The position numbers were made by a program, and so were the translations under genes. The notes beneath the pieces are model-generated. The model searched no databases. It saw only the letters and a list, made by a program, of their open reading frames with translations, and was not told the origin of the DNA. Below are positions 26,835 to 35,940 of a DNA stretch of 64,000 nt, in pieces (positions within the stretch are counted from its first letter, which is position 1; each line of letters starts with the position of its first letter). The stretch comes from a virus: positions 123,930 to 187,929 of IMG/VR virus record IMGVR_UViG_3300032323_001800; one strand, given 5' to 3'.

Positions 26835-27479
26835 ATGATCATAGGTATTTGCGGATTTATTGGCAGCGGTAAAGACACTGTTGCTGACTATCTAGTTAAT
26901 TTTCACGAATTTAGAAGAGAATCATTTGCCAGCACTCTTAAAGATGCTGTAGCAAGTGTATTTGGTTGGGATCGTACCATGTTAGAGGGTCGAACTAAAG
27001 AAGCTCGTGAGTGGCGAGAGCAAGTAGATCCGTGGTGGGCTGAACGACTGTCAATGCCAACGCTTACTCCTAGGTGGGTCCTTCAATATTGGGGTACAGA
27101 GGTATGCCGCAAAAGTTTCCATGACGATATATGGATCGCTTCATTAGAAAACAAACTACGCAATAGTAAAGACGATGTGGTTATTAGCGATTGCCGTTTT
27201 CCTAACGAAATTCAAAGTATTAAAAATGCTGGCGGTATGATTATATGGGTTAAGCGTGGCAAATTACCTGACTGGTATGATACAGCACTTGGTGCTAATG
27301 ACGGAATACTTCCCGATCAAGAATTACTTAAAAAATTAAAAATACATGCTTCTGAAACTGCTTGGGTTGGCACTGAATTTGATTCTGAGTTAGAAAACAA
27401 CAGCAGTATTGATGAACTATACTTAAAGATCGAATCGTTAGTTAAAAATCAGCAACAAGATCACCTTGTCTCCATTTAA
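26835..27479 (+). CDS. Deoxynucleoside monophosphate kinase (T4 gp1-like)
   Basis: IIGICGFIGSGKDTVA P-loop, FASTLKDAV, TPRWVLQYWGTEV, VVISDCRFPNE, HASE. Confidence 0.9.
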   Translation: MIIGICGFIGSGKDTVADYLVNFHEFRRESFASTLKDAVASVFGWDRTMLEGRTKEAREWREQVDPWWAERLSMPTLTPRWVLQYWGTEVCRKSFHDDIWIASLENKLRNSKDDVVISDCRFPNEIQSIKNAGGMIIWVKRGKLPDWYDTALGANDGILPDQELLKKLKIHASETAWVGTEFDSELENNSSIDELYLKIESLVKNQQQDHLVSI

Positions 27480-27777
27480 TTCCTTCTTTAGCTAACACTC
27501 GCTGACAGTTAGCACACACAGTTTTTAAATTAGAGGGCCTACAGTTATTAAGGTCCTCATCTACATGAAACACTGAAAATACTTCTTGATGCGGGCTTTT
27601 AAACCCGCATTTATCGCACTGATTCTTTGTTCGATACCCTGCTCTATACCATCTAGGTATTCCGTGATGTTTGCCGTTCTTTAAACAAATTTCACACAGT
27701 GACCTGTAAAAGGTTTTACCGTTTTTGTGATAGTTGATAGCTGCGGGCCTAAATCCGCACTGGCATAGTGGTCTCAT
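27442..27777 (-). CDS. Zn-binding HNH-like protein
   Basis: CxC, CxxC, CDKCG and FHVDEDLNNCRPSNLKTVCANCQ (HNH fold; terminal His replaced by Gln). Confidence 0.7.
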   Translation of the reverse strand: MRPLCQCGFRPAAINYHKNGKTFYRSLCEICLKNGKHHGIPRWYRAGYRTKNQCDKCGFKSPHQEVFSVFHVDEDLNNCRPSNLKTVCANCQRVLAKEGIKWRQGDLVADF

Positions 27778-27782
27778 ATAGT

Positions 27783-27788
27783 TATTTA
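27783..27788 (-). promoter_or_regulatory. TAAATA-N5-ATG late-type promoter (minus strand)
   Basis: Minus strand reads TAAATA actat ATG(27777). Confidence 0.55.
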
Positions 27789-27853
27789 AAAGAACCGCAC
27801 CTTTTCTATCCCTTTTTACTCGGTTATAACGGGCTATTTTTGTTCAAACCCGC

Positions 27854-27859
27854 TAAATA
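27854..27859 (+). promoter_or_regulatory. TAAATA late-type promoter, leadered, for the tail sheath
   Basis: TAAATA 34 nt before ATG 27894; AGGAG SD at 27881-27885. Confidence 0.55.
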
Positions 27860-27893
27860 TCTATACAAGATTTAACCATCAGGAGATAACGGA

Positions 27894-30800
27894 ATGGCCC
27901 TACAATCACCAGGCGTACAAGTTACGGTAATTGACGAGAGTGTATATACATCTGCCGAAGCAGGTACAACTCCTCTTATCGTAGTAGCTACATCAGAAAA
28001 CAAAACAAATGCTAGCAACACAGGAGTTGCTCAAGGCACATTACAAGCAAATGCTGGCAAAGCATATAGAATTTCAAGTCAAAGAGAACTTGTCGATGTC
28101 TTTGGCGTCCCAACATTTAGAAAAACTGCCACAGGAACTCCTGTTAATGGCGGCGAACAAAATGAATACGGGCTTCAAGCAGCATACAGCTTTTTAGGTG
28201 TATCTAACGCTGCTTATATCGTAAGAGCAGATATTGATCTTAACGAATTAACTGCTACAGCAACTGCACCAGGATCAGAAGCTACTGACGGTCAGTGGTG
28301 GTTAGATACTGCGGCAACAACATGGGGCATCTTTGAATGGGACGCCAGTGCTGCTAGCCAAGGCGGTCAAAAATTTGTTAATAAATCTCCATTGGTGTTA
28401 ACTGTTGATAATGAAGATGATGTAACTGCTGGATCTCCTCCGTCACCAAAAGCAGGCGTTGGCCGAGTTGGCGATTATGCTATGGTAGCATACAGCGGAG
28501 TTATTAGACTATTTTACAAAGGTGCTGAATACGGTAATACTAATACTGTATCTTGGCAGCTAGTTGGTTCGCAAGCATGGAGAAAATTCTTTCCAGTATT
28601 TGAAACACAATTTAACGCAGCAACCGGCGGCAGTATTACAATTACAGCAGGTACAGGCGGAGCGACATCAGTCACTGTACCAGCAGGAACATCTGCCGCT
28701 ACATTAGCAGCTAATATTAACGGTGTAGCAATTGACGGTGTTTATGCTGTTGGTGAAGGTAACGTATTAAGAATGTATTCTACAGGATCGGGAGATGTAT
28801 CAGTAGGAGACGATTCAACAGGGTTAGGATATATCACTTTAGCTACTGGTACTTTAGATCCAGGAACTATTTTTGCTAGTATTGGAACTCAAAGAACATT
28901 TTATGTTCCAGATTTACAAATAAGTGCTCACACATCAGTACCACAATGGAAGTCAGTAGGAACAACAGCAAGACCAACAGGGTCTGTATGGGTTAAAACT
29001 ACTGATCCTAACGCAGGTGCTCGTTGGAGAGTTAAGCGTTGGAAAGCATCAAGTAAAGTATGGGAAGAAGTTGCATCACCGCTATACGCCAACGGTCAGT
29101 CAGCAATTTCTGCAATTGACAGTTCGAAGGGCGGTTTGGGTATTCCACAAAATACAGCATATATTCAGTACAACTATGAAGAAGATACTGGATATGATGG
29201 GACTCCGCAAACAGCCACATTTAAAGTATTCACTAGAAAAAATACAGGTGTAACACAAGCTACATCAGAAACAATCACAACACAAGTAGCTTCTGGTTCT
29301 TACGATCTAACTCTTGTTGAAACACTAGCTGGTTCGTCAGCTCTTTCAACTCCAGTTACAGTTACCGTTGTTGCTACAGGTGCGGCTAGCGATGCTGATG
29401 TTATTAGAACAGCAATTAACAGTGCTGGTTTAACAAATGTAGAAGCAACTGTGTTTGGCGGTAAAATTACTATTAGTCACTCAACAGGTGGCGAGATTAG
29501 AATTGCTGACCCAGATGACTTGTTTGCTGATATTGGCCTAACAACTGATACTACTAATTTGTATGCCGATCCAAGCGGTGTTTATGATTTCATTGTAAGT
29601 AACTGGCAACCACTATCTGACGTAGGGTATGTAGCCACAAACGCATCACCGAAAAATGAACCAGTCGATGGACAATTATGGTATTCGAGCAGAATTGACG
29701 AAATCGATATTATGATTCTCGATTCAACAGGCGGATCCCCAGTATGGAAAGGATATAGAGAAGTTTATCCTTTAACTAATACTGCTGGACCAATGATTAC
29801 ATCAACTCGTCCTACAGAGCAAGCCGACGGAACAGACTTGGAAGATGGTGATTTATGGATTAGCACAGCTGATCTAGAAAACTATCCAACAATTTACAGA
29901 TATAATGGTTCAACATTACGTTGGGATCTTGTTGATCGCACTGATCAAACAACAGAAAACGGTGTATTGTTTGCCGATGCTCGTTACGGTTTAAGCGGTG
30001 CCGATGGAGACCAAGCACAAGATATTATCGATTACTACGCAACAACTGGTGCTAGTTTCGTTGATTTTGATGCTCCAGATCCAGCACTATATCCAAGAGG
30101 TATGTTGTTATGGAACACTCGTCGCAGCGGATTCAATGTTAAGAGATACGTAGTAAATCATATCGATCGTGATGGTGAAAATACTAGAATGAACGAAAGC
30201 ATGGCATTATACGCACCAAATCGTTGGGTAACTGCTTCAGCTAATCAAGAAGACGGTTCAGGAAGCTTTGGACGTAAAGCACAACGTAAAGTTGTTGTTG
30301 AAAAACTTAAAGCACTAGTTGATACTAACCAAGAAATTCGTGAAGAAGAAAGCAGAAACTTTAACTTAATTTCTTGCCCTGGATATCCAGAACTGTTAAG
30401 CAACTTAGTTTCATTGAACATAGATCGCGGAACAACATCGTTTGTTGTTGGTGATACACCATTTAGTTTAGCCGCAGATACAACAAGTTTAACTAACTGG
30501 GGTAATAACTCAGCAGCAGCTGAAGACAACGGCGAGCAAGGTCTTGTAACAGCTGATCCGTATGCTGCGGTATTCTACCCAAGCGGTAAATCGACAGACA
30601 ACACAGGCAGCGACATTGTTGTTCCGCCAAGCCACATGATTCTAAAAACAATTGCGTTAAGCGATCAAGTTAGCTTCCCATGGTTTGCACCAGCAGGTAC
30701 AAGACGTGGCGGCATTACTAACGCTACATCGGTTGGTTATGTTTCAAGAGCAGATGGCGAATTTAGGACAATAGCATTAAATGAAGGCCAAAGAGATGCT

Positions 30801-31223
30801 ATGTACGAAGTTAATATGAATCCAATTACATTCTTTAACGGTGTTGGACTTGTTAATTACGGTCAAAAAACATTGTCACCAAACTCATCAGCACTTGATA
30901 GAATCAACGTAGCACGTTTGGTTGTTTATCTACGCAGCCAATTAAACAAACTTGCTAAACCGTTTGTGTTTGAACCTAATGACAAGATCACTAGAGATGA
31001 AATCAAACAAGCAGTTGAGAGTCTATTACTTGAATTAGTAGGACAAAGAGCACTTTACGACTTTGCGGTTGTTTGTGATGAAACTAACAACACACCAACA
31101 CGTATCGACCGTAATGAATTATATGTTGATATCGCAATTGAGCCAGTTAAAGCAATTGAATTTATCTACATTCCATTAAGATTGAAAAATACAGGAGAGA
31201 TTCAGGGCTCGTTAAACGCTTAA
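27894..31223 (+). CDS. gp18: Contractile tail sheath protein with large insertion (1109 aa)
   Basis: N-terminal LQSPGVQVTVIDES; C-terminal PWFAPAGTRRG, LYE..MNPI, GQKTL...SALDRINVARL, FVFEPND, DETNNTP..IDRNEL..DIAIEPVKAIEFIYI. Confidence 0.93.
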   Translation: MALQSPGVQVTVIDESVYTSAEAGTTPLIVVATSENKTNASNTGVAQGTLQANAGKAYRISSQRELVDVFGVPTFRKTATGTPVNGGEQNEYGLQAAYSFLGVSNAAYIVRADIDLNELTATATAPGSEATDGQWWLDTAATTWGIFEWDASAASQGGQKFVNKSPLVLTVDNEDDVTAGSPPSPKAGVGRVGDYAMVAYSGVIRLFYKGAEYGNTNTVSWQLVGSQAWRKFFPVFETQFNAATGGSITITAGTGGATSVTVPAGTSAATLAANINGVAIDGVYAVGEGNVLRMYSTGSGDVSVGDDSTGLGYITLATGTLDPGTIFASIGTQRTFYVPDLQISAHTSVPQWKSVGTTARPTGSVWVKTTDPNAGARWRVKRWKASSKVWEEVASPLYANGQSAISAIDSSKGGLGIPQNTAYIQYNYEEDTGYDGTPQTATFKVFTRKNTGVTQATSETITTQVASGSYDLTLVETLAGSSALSTPVTVTVVATGAASDADVIRTAINSAGLTNVEATVFGGKITISHSTGGEIRIADPDDLFADIGLTTDTTNLYADPSGVYDFIVSNWQPLSDVGYVATNASPKNEPVDGQLWYSSRIDEIDIMILDSTGGSPVWKGYREVYPLTNTAGPMITSTRPTEQADGTDLEDGDLWISTADLENYPTIYRYNGSTLRWDLVDRTDQTTENGVLFADARYGLSGADGDQAQDIIDYYATTGASFVDFDAPDPALYPRGMLLWNTRRSGFNVKRYVVNHIDRDGENTRMNESMALYAPNRWVTASANQEDGSGSFGRKAQRKVVVEKLKALVDTNQEIREEESRNFNLISCPGYPELLSNLVSLNIDRGTTSFVVGDTPFSLAADTTSLTNWGNNSAAAEDNGEQGLVTADPYAAVFYPSGKSTDNTGSDIVVPPSHMILKTIALSDQVSFPWFAPAGTRRGGITNATSVGYVSRADGEFRTIALNEGQRDAMYEVNMNPITFFNGVGLVNYGQKTLSPNSSALDRINVARLVVYLRSQLNKLAKPFVFEPNDKITRDEIKQAVESLLLELVGQRALYDFAVVCDETNNTPTRIDRNELYVDIAIEPVKAIEFIYIPLRLKNTGEIQGSLNA

Positions 31224-31224
31224 T

Positions 31225-31250
31225 GATGAGGGGATAAACATCCCCTTATC
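31225..31250 (+). terminator. RNA hairpin between sheath and tube genes (terminator or stability element)
   Basis: GATGAGGGGAT-AAAC-ATCCCCTTATC, 11-bp stem with one G-U pair; lacks a clear U-tract. Confidence 0.4.
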
Positions 31251-31257
31251 AAAGTGA

Positions 31258-31263
31258 TAAATA
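31258..31263 (+). promoter_or_regulatory. TAAATA late-type promoter, leadered, for the tail tube
   Basis: TAAATA 23 nt before ATG 31287; GGAG SD at 31273-31276. Confidence 0.5.
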
Positions 31264-31286
31264 ATAATACCCGGAGCATAAAGAAT

Positions 31287-31916
31287 ATGGCAATTTCAAC
31301 ACTATCAAGATTATCAGTTCCATTAGCGAGTGACGCTTCAGCAAGCTCACAAGGTCTGCTAATGCCAAAACTAAAGTATCGCTTTAGAGTGGTATTACAA
31401 GGCTTTGGCGCAAATGGAGTAGCAACAACAGAATTAACCAAACAGGTTATGGATGTAACTCGTCCTAAAGTTCAATTTGAAGAAATTGAAATTCCTGTAT
31501 ATAACAGCAGAGTTTATCTAGCTGGACGTCACCAATGGGATCCATTAACGCTTAATGTGCGTGATGATTCGAGTGGTAACATTCAACGATTATGCGGTGA
31601 GCAAATTCAGAAACAATTTGATTTCTTTGAGCAAGCGTCAGCAGCATCGGGTATTGACTACAAATTTACCACAGTTATCGAAGTGTTAGATGGTGGTAAC
31701 GGAACACAAACTCCAAACGTTCTAGAAACATTTGAATGTTATGGCTGTTTTGTTCAAAACATCGATTACGGTGATATGAATTACACCTCAAATGAAGCAG
31801 CAACAATTAACATGTCAATTAGATTCGACAACGCCGTACAATACAAAGGCGGAGCAGTTGATGGTATTGGTCGTAACATTGGTGCTAGAACCCTTGGGGC
31901 CCTAACAACTGGATAA
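31287..31916 (+). CDS. gp19: Tail tube protein (T4 gp19-like)
   Basis: Start MAISTL at 31287. PKLKYRFRV, RPKVQFEEIEI, AG..QWD..T, W/F.CYGCF...IDYG..NY...A.TI..SIRFD; immediately after the sheath. Confidence 0.85.
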   Translation: MAISTLSRLSVPLASDASASSQGLLMPKLKYRFRVVLQGFGANGVATTELTKQVMDVTRPKVQFEEIEIPVYNSRVYLAGRHQWDPLTLNVRDDSSGNIQRLCGEQIQKQFDFFEQASAASGIDYKFTTVIEVLDGGNGTQTPNVLETFECYGCFVQNIDYGDMNYTSNEAATINMSIRFDNAVQYKGGAVDGIGRNIGARTLGALTTG

Positions 31917-31946
31917 CCCGGGAGCACCGGACTAAAATAGTCCTTC

Positions 31947-31977
31947 AAAGAGCTCGAATTTATTTCGAGCTTTTTTT
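31947..31977 (+). terminator. Intrinsic terminator
   Basis: AGCTCGAA-TTTAT-TTCGAGCT followed by a T-run; a second small hairpin GGACTA-AAA-TAGTCC at 31929-31943. Confidence 0.75.
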
Positions 31978-31982
31978 ATGGT

Positions 31983-31988
31983 TAAATA
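31983..31988 (+). promoter_or_regulatory. TAAATA-N5-ATG late-type promoter
   Basis: TAAATA aatgt ATG(31994); no SD. Confidence 0.6.
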
Positions 31989-31993
31989 AATGT

Positions 31994-33106
31994 ATGGCAA
32001 ACAAATTTACTAGATTTTTAAAAGGTGCAGTACAAGGCATAACAGAACCAAAAGGTAATCTGGGCGATTTTCGACATGCTTCAAGATTGTATGTTGATAA
32101 TACATTTGCACTAGCGCCAAGAACTAAATTTTTATATCATGTATATTTTGATATAAATCCTGCAGCATTGCAGGCTCCGCAATTTAAAGAACGTCACATG
32201 GAGGAAGCAGGTTTGCTGGTTAAAACAGCTGAGCTTCCTAAATTCAATTTAGACTTTGTAACAAAAAATCAATATAATAGAAAAAAATTAGTCTATAAAA
32301 TGATTAATTACGAACCAGTTACTATCACAATGCATGATGATAACTTGGGCGTTATAAATTCTATGTGGGCATTATACTTTGGTTATTATTCAAGAGACAG
32401 ACATAACGATGCTTCAAGAGCATGGCCATCAGACCCTTACAAGTCTGCAGACATTCAACAACTGTTTAGATACGGTCTAGACAGTGATAGAAAAGATGTT
32501 CCGTTTTTTAGATCTATACAGATTTTTACCATGTCTAGAAAACGATTTAACAGTTATACATTAATCAATCCTATTATTACTGCATGGAATCACGGTAACG
32601 TTGATCAGAGTCAAGGCGGCTCAACAATGGAAGGATCAATGACCATAGCATATGAAAGTGTATTATACGGTACTGGTGAAGTTGCTGAAAATAATCCTAA
32701 GGGATTTGCTAATCTACGCTACGATAAAACTCCATCTCCATTAAGTATTTTTGGCGGTGGTACATCAACACTGTTTGGTGATGGCGGTGTAGTAGCAGGC
32801 GCCACTACTATATTTGGAAACTTATACAACAGGTCAGCATTCGATTCTCCTGCTAGTTTCTTAAGGACTGTAGCAGGTGCGTTAAACACATATAAAAATC
32901 TTAGAAATATTGCCAAGAATCCAGACCTATTAGTACAAGAAGGAATTAATATTTTGTTATCTCCTGGCGGTGTTACTAATATTATTAGCGGAGTTTCCGG
33001 AGTTGTATTTCCTAAAAATACGGGAGCAGATGCGGGCGGCAACACCAATACAACACCGGCAGCACCTAAAGTATTTCCTAGAGCAGGTGGAGACAATATA
33101 GCATAA
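31994..33106 (+). CDS. Tube-fold baseplate/tail tube initiator-like protein (gp54/gp48-like)
   Basis: KTAELPKFNL....NQYNRK....INYEPVTITMHDD...LINP.IT.W.HG.VD...S.MEGSMTIAYE resembles the gp19/gp54 fold; follows the tube gene. Confidence 0.6.
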   Translation: MANKFTRFLKGAVQGITEPKGNLGDFRHASRLYVDNTFALAPRTKFLYHVYFDINPAALQAPQFKERHMEEAGLLVKTAELPKFNLDFVTKNQYNRKKLVYKMINYEPVTITMHDDNLGVINSMWALYFGYYSRDRHNDASRAWPSDPYKSADIQQLFRYGLDSDRKDVPFFRSIQIFTMSRKRFNSYTLINPIITAWNHGNVDQSQGGSTMEGSMTIAYESVLYGTGEVAENNPKGFANLRYDKTPSPLSIFGGGTSTLFGDGGVVAGATTIFGNLYNRSAFDSPASFLRTVAGALNTYKNLRNIAKNPDLLVQEGINILLSPGGVTNIISGVSGVVFPKNTGADAGGNTNTTPAAPKVFPRAGGDNIA

Positions 33107-33480
33107 TGGATACCATATCAAATTTACCAGTAGCGGCATCAAGAGACAGTGCGCTAGGCACTAGATTATATTTTGACAAATACGGGGAAGCTCCTTTAGA
33201 ATTTTCAGCAACTGAGGTCGATACCACAGTGGGATTTTTAAGAGGCAGAGGATTTACTGACGACGCAGCTATTGTTACTGCTGTAATTCTTTTGAAACAG
33301 GCAAAACTTGATGCTATGCCTGTCCGCGATTTATTAGACACATTAAAAGGTTTAGCAAACTTAGAACTTTCAACGTTAGTCGGTGAAGTATTAAACAATA
33401 ATCGTACAGCAACTTCCACTCTTGGGTTTAAAGTCCAGTCAGTGGTAAATCCTCTACAGATAAGAAACTTTATTCCGTAA
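33106..33480 (+). CDS. Hypothetical protein
   Basis: 124-aa ORF, TAATG-coupled to the upstream gene. Confidence 0.65.
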   Translation: MDTISNLPVAASRDSALGTRLYFDKYGEAPLEFSATEVDTTVGFLRGRGFTDDAAIVTAVILLKQAKLDAMPVRDLLDTLKGLANLELSTLVGEVLNNNRTATSTLGFKVQSVVNPLQIRNFIP

Positions 33481-33481
33481 T

Positions 33482-33922
33482 ATGGCCAAGTTTGCCCAAG
33501 GAAAATTTGAGATGAAAAATCCCGACAAGTATGTCGGAAAAAGAACACCTATGGCTCGCAGCTCATGGGAGTTTGTTTTTATGAGAATGCTCGACGAACA
33601 TCAAGGTGTAATAAATTGGGCCAGTGAAAGTATTCAAATTCCTTATCGTGATCCATTGTCGGGACGTAGTACCATTTATGTTCCGGACTTTTTTATAGTC
33701 TATATGGACAAAAACAAAAACAAACATGCAGAAGTAGTAGAAGTAAAACCCAGTAGTCAAACAATTAGAGAAAAAGTCGGTAAAAGTTTGTATAATCAAG
33801 AACAGTATATTAAAAATCTAGCCAAGTGGGAAGCTGCTACAGCATGGTGCAAACAACAAGGTGTTAAATTTCGAGTAGTAAATGAAGATGAGATTTTCCA
33901 TCAAGGTAAAAAACGCAGATAA
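33482..33922 (+). CDS. gp4: Head completion protein/nuclease (T4 gp4, TnsA-like fold)
   Basis: KNPDKYVG...RSSWE..FM..LD......WASE.I.IPY...H.Y.PDF...EVKP...N.AKW.AA..WC...G.KF.V..E. Confidence 0.88.
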   Translation: MAKFAQGKFEMKNPDKYVGKRTPMARSSWEFVFMRMLDEHQGVINWASESIQIPYRDPLSGRSTIYVPDFFIVYMDKNKNKHAEVVEVKPSSQTIREKVGKSLYNQEQYIKNLAKWEAATAWCKQQGVKFRVVNEDEIFHQGKKRR

Positions 33923-33925
33923 GTA
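33920..33925 (+). promoter_or_regulatory. Variant late-type promoter TAAGTA-N5-ATG
   Basis: TAAGTA ctatt ATG(33931); overlaps the gp4 stop codon. Confidence 0.45.
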
Positions 33926-33930
33926 CTATT

Positions 33931-34419
33931 ATGACTAAAAAATTAGAAGAGCTGTTTAATCTTGATAACGAAACGGTCCAGCCTGAAATAAAAGCTGTTG
34001 AGCCCGACTTAGAGAAAAAAGAAGAAGTACGCAGCCTTGAACGCAGCTACAAAGAAATAGAAAAAATGTCAGTTAGTTTGCCAAATCTTGAAGATTTAGA
34101 AAACTTAGATGAAAAAGATTTAGACGATTTGGCTAAAAAAGCTGAATCTGCTTACGATGATTTGATGGACCTTGGTATGAATGTTGAAGTTCGATACAGC
34201 GGTCGCATTTTTGAAGTTGCGGGCGGAATGCTTAAAAATGCCATTGATGCAAAATCAGCAAAAATTGATAAAAAACTCAAAGCTGTAGAGCTTAAACTTA
34301 AAAAGCTAAAAATAGATAAAGATGCTGGCGACGAAGGCGACGGTGGATCATTATCTGGGCAAGGATACATCATTACTGACCGTAATGCGCTCCTGAAAAA
34401 ACTACGTGGTGAAGGATAA
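33931..34419 (+). CDS. gp16: Terminase small subunit-like protein (T4 gp16-like)
   Basis: Helical core AYDDLMDLG.N...R..GRIFEVA..MLK.AIDA..K followed by coiled coil and 'ITDRNALLK'; near the large terminase. Confidence 0.6.
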   Translation: MTKKLEELFNLDNETVQPEIKAVEPDLEKKEEVRSLERSYKEIEKMSVSLPNLEDLENLDEKDLDDLAKKAESAYDDLMDLGMNVEVRYSGRIFEVAGGMLKNAIDAKSAKIDKKLKAVELKLKKLKIDKDAGDEGDGGSLSGQGYIITDRNALLKKLRGEG

Positions 34420-34422
34420 ATA
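34417..34422 (+). promoter_or_regulatory. TAAATA-N5-ATG late-type promoter
   Basis: TAAATA ctagt ATG(34428). Confidence 0.6.
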
Positions 34423-34427
34423 CTAGT

Positions 34428-35015
34428 ATGAAATCTTTTAATGACTATCTCACAGAAAGCCAAAAAACCTACTCTTTTAAAGTAAAGGTTGCTGGCCAAG
34501 TACCTGAAAAATTTGTAGAAACTGTAAAATCTAGATTAGAAAAATACGGATGCTCAAAGTTTTCCCAAGTTGGATCAACACCGATTCAAGCAACAGCTAT
34601 GGATTTTCCAGAGTTATGTAATGTTGAAGTTACTATGTTTGAAGCAGAGTGTGCTTACCCTGTTACGCCTCCAGAAATTTTGTTAGCAATTAAAAATTCA
34701 GTGGCAATTTCTGAAACGCATCTACGTGTAAGAAATGCTAAAGAGTCAGCAGAATTGGATGCGTTAGCATTAGATAATGCTCAGTCGTCTAAAAAGGCCA
34801 AGGCACTTTTAGATGATCCTGATTACAAAGAAGCAGAAAAGATTAAATCAAAAAACTATTTTGGAGATGATTTTAACAAAGCATTTCTAAAAGATTTACA
34901 AAAATCGGCCAAACAACGTAAAAAAGAGTTAGGCCATAAAGATATTAAAACAACCGAAATAACGAGCGATGGTCCAGACTTTGGTAAAGGATCAACGAGC
35001 CCGATAGGAAGCTAA
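34428..35015 (+). CDS. Hypothetical protein, possibly internal head protein
   Basis: 195 aa; begins MKSFNDYLTES, typical of T4-like head-core proteins. Confidence 0.6.
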   Translation: MKSFNDYLTESQKTYSFKVKVAGQVPEKFVETVKSRLEKYGCSKFSQVGSTPIQATAMDFPELCNVEVTMFEAECAYPVTPPEILLAIKNSVAISETHLRVRNAKESAELDALALDNAQSSKKAKALLDDPDYKEAEKIKSKNYFGDDFNKAFLKDLQKSAKQRKKELGHKDIKTTEITSDGPDFGKGSTSPIGS

Positions 35016-35016
35016 C

Positions 35017-35529
35017 ATGAATTTTAATGAACTAATGCAAAAAATGCGTGATTTGGATCAACCAACGATCCAGTCAGAAGAGTGTGGAGCTATGCCTCCA
35101 ATGACACCATCAACACCGCCATCAACACCGCCTAGCATGAGTGTTAATTTAAATGCACAAGGCATGGATGGTATCAAAGACCTAATGCAGTTATTTTCTA
35201 AGGTCAATCCTGATATGATGCCTAAGAACGATGTTCCAATGCCTACTATGACAGATCCAATTATAAAAATTGGGGCAGTTAAAACAGCAGAACCAAATAA
35301 AATGTTGGCCAAGCCTGAAGAAGCCTGGGATAACGAACCGGACGAAGAATACAAAGGAATGGATGCTGTAATCCGTACCGGTAATGATTTAAACAGACCA
35401 AAGAAAACATTTCCTAAAGTAGCAGGCGGTGATAATCCAATGCAACGTATGGAAAGCCAAGATGAGCTAATTAAGTCAATAGAAGCTCAACTTAAATCAC
35501 AACTAGAAGAAATGAAGGGGAATAGATAA
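35017..35529 (+). CDS. Hypothetical low-complexity (Met/Pro-rich) protein
   Basis: 170 aa; contains a 12-nt tandem repeat CCATCAACACCG x2 encoding PSTPPSTPP. Confidence 0.6.
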   Translation: MNFNELMQKMRDLDQPTIQSEECGAMPPMTPSTPPSTPPSMSVNLNAQGMDGIKDLMQLFSKVNPDMMPKNDVPMPTMTDPIIKIGAVKTAEPNKMLAKPEEAWDNEPDEEYKGMDAVIRTGNDLNRPKKTFPKVAGGDNPMQRMESQDELIKSIEAQLKSQLEEMKGNR

Positions 35530-35885
35530 TGGGAACAGTAACTAGAGTTAATGGATTAGCCTGCACAGTTGGCACATTGTATTCTTTAAATGCCAAAGCA
35601 TTTTTAATTACAGTTAAAAACGCAGCAGCAAGTGCAAGAGATCTAAGAGACGAAGATGATGCTGTTGATGAAGCAGTTGAATTAATCATGAAAGAAATTA
35701 ATCCTTTGATGTTTCTAGTAACTAATTCATCAGCAGGAACAATTCATATCGTTACTGATATTAGCTTATCAGCAAGTGATTTACAAACAAGAATTAGAAA
35801 TCTTGGCGACGCAGTTGGGCCAAATGATATCGATGTTACTGGAACTACAGTAGCAGCCGCTACAGCTATCGCTGTAACAGCATAA
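35529..35885 (+). CDS. Hypothetical protein, possibly structural
   Basis: 118-aa ORF coupled to the upstream stop; followed by a strong terminator, suggesting high expression. Confidence 0.6.
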   Translation: MGTVTRVNGLACTVGTLYSLNAKAFLITVKNAAASARDLRDEDDAVDEAVELIMKEINPLMFLVTNSSAGTIHIVTDISLSASDLQTRIRNLGDAVGPNDIDVTGTTVAAATAIAVTA

Positions 35886-35897
35886 TTTAATTTTACT

Positions 35898-35926
35898 CAA
35901 ATAGGGCCTACGGGCCCTATTTTTTT
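35898..35926 (+). terminator. Intrinsic terminator with UACG tetraloop
   Basis: AAATAGGGCC-TACG-GGCCCTATTT followed by more T. Confidence 0.85.
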
Positions 35927-35929
35927 CAG

Positions 35930-35935
35930 TAAATA
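35930..35935 (+). promoter_or_regulatory. TAAATA-N5-ATG late-type promoter for terminase
   Basis: TAAATA gcagt ATG(35941). Confidence 0.6.
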
Positions 35936-35940
35936 GCAGT

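Noticed and set aside
27778-27893. Intergenic regions as tRNA or ncRNA loci
   Set aside because: The intergenic gaps are short and explained by promoters, SDs and terminators; no cloverleaf or T-loop (GTTCRA) context was found by eye.
31885-31902. CTAGAACCCTTGGGGCC resembling the start of the T7 phage terminator
   Set aside because: Short partial match inside the tail tube coding frame; the second stem arm and U-tract are absent, so it is coincidence rather than vector contamination.
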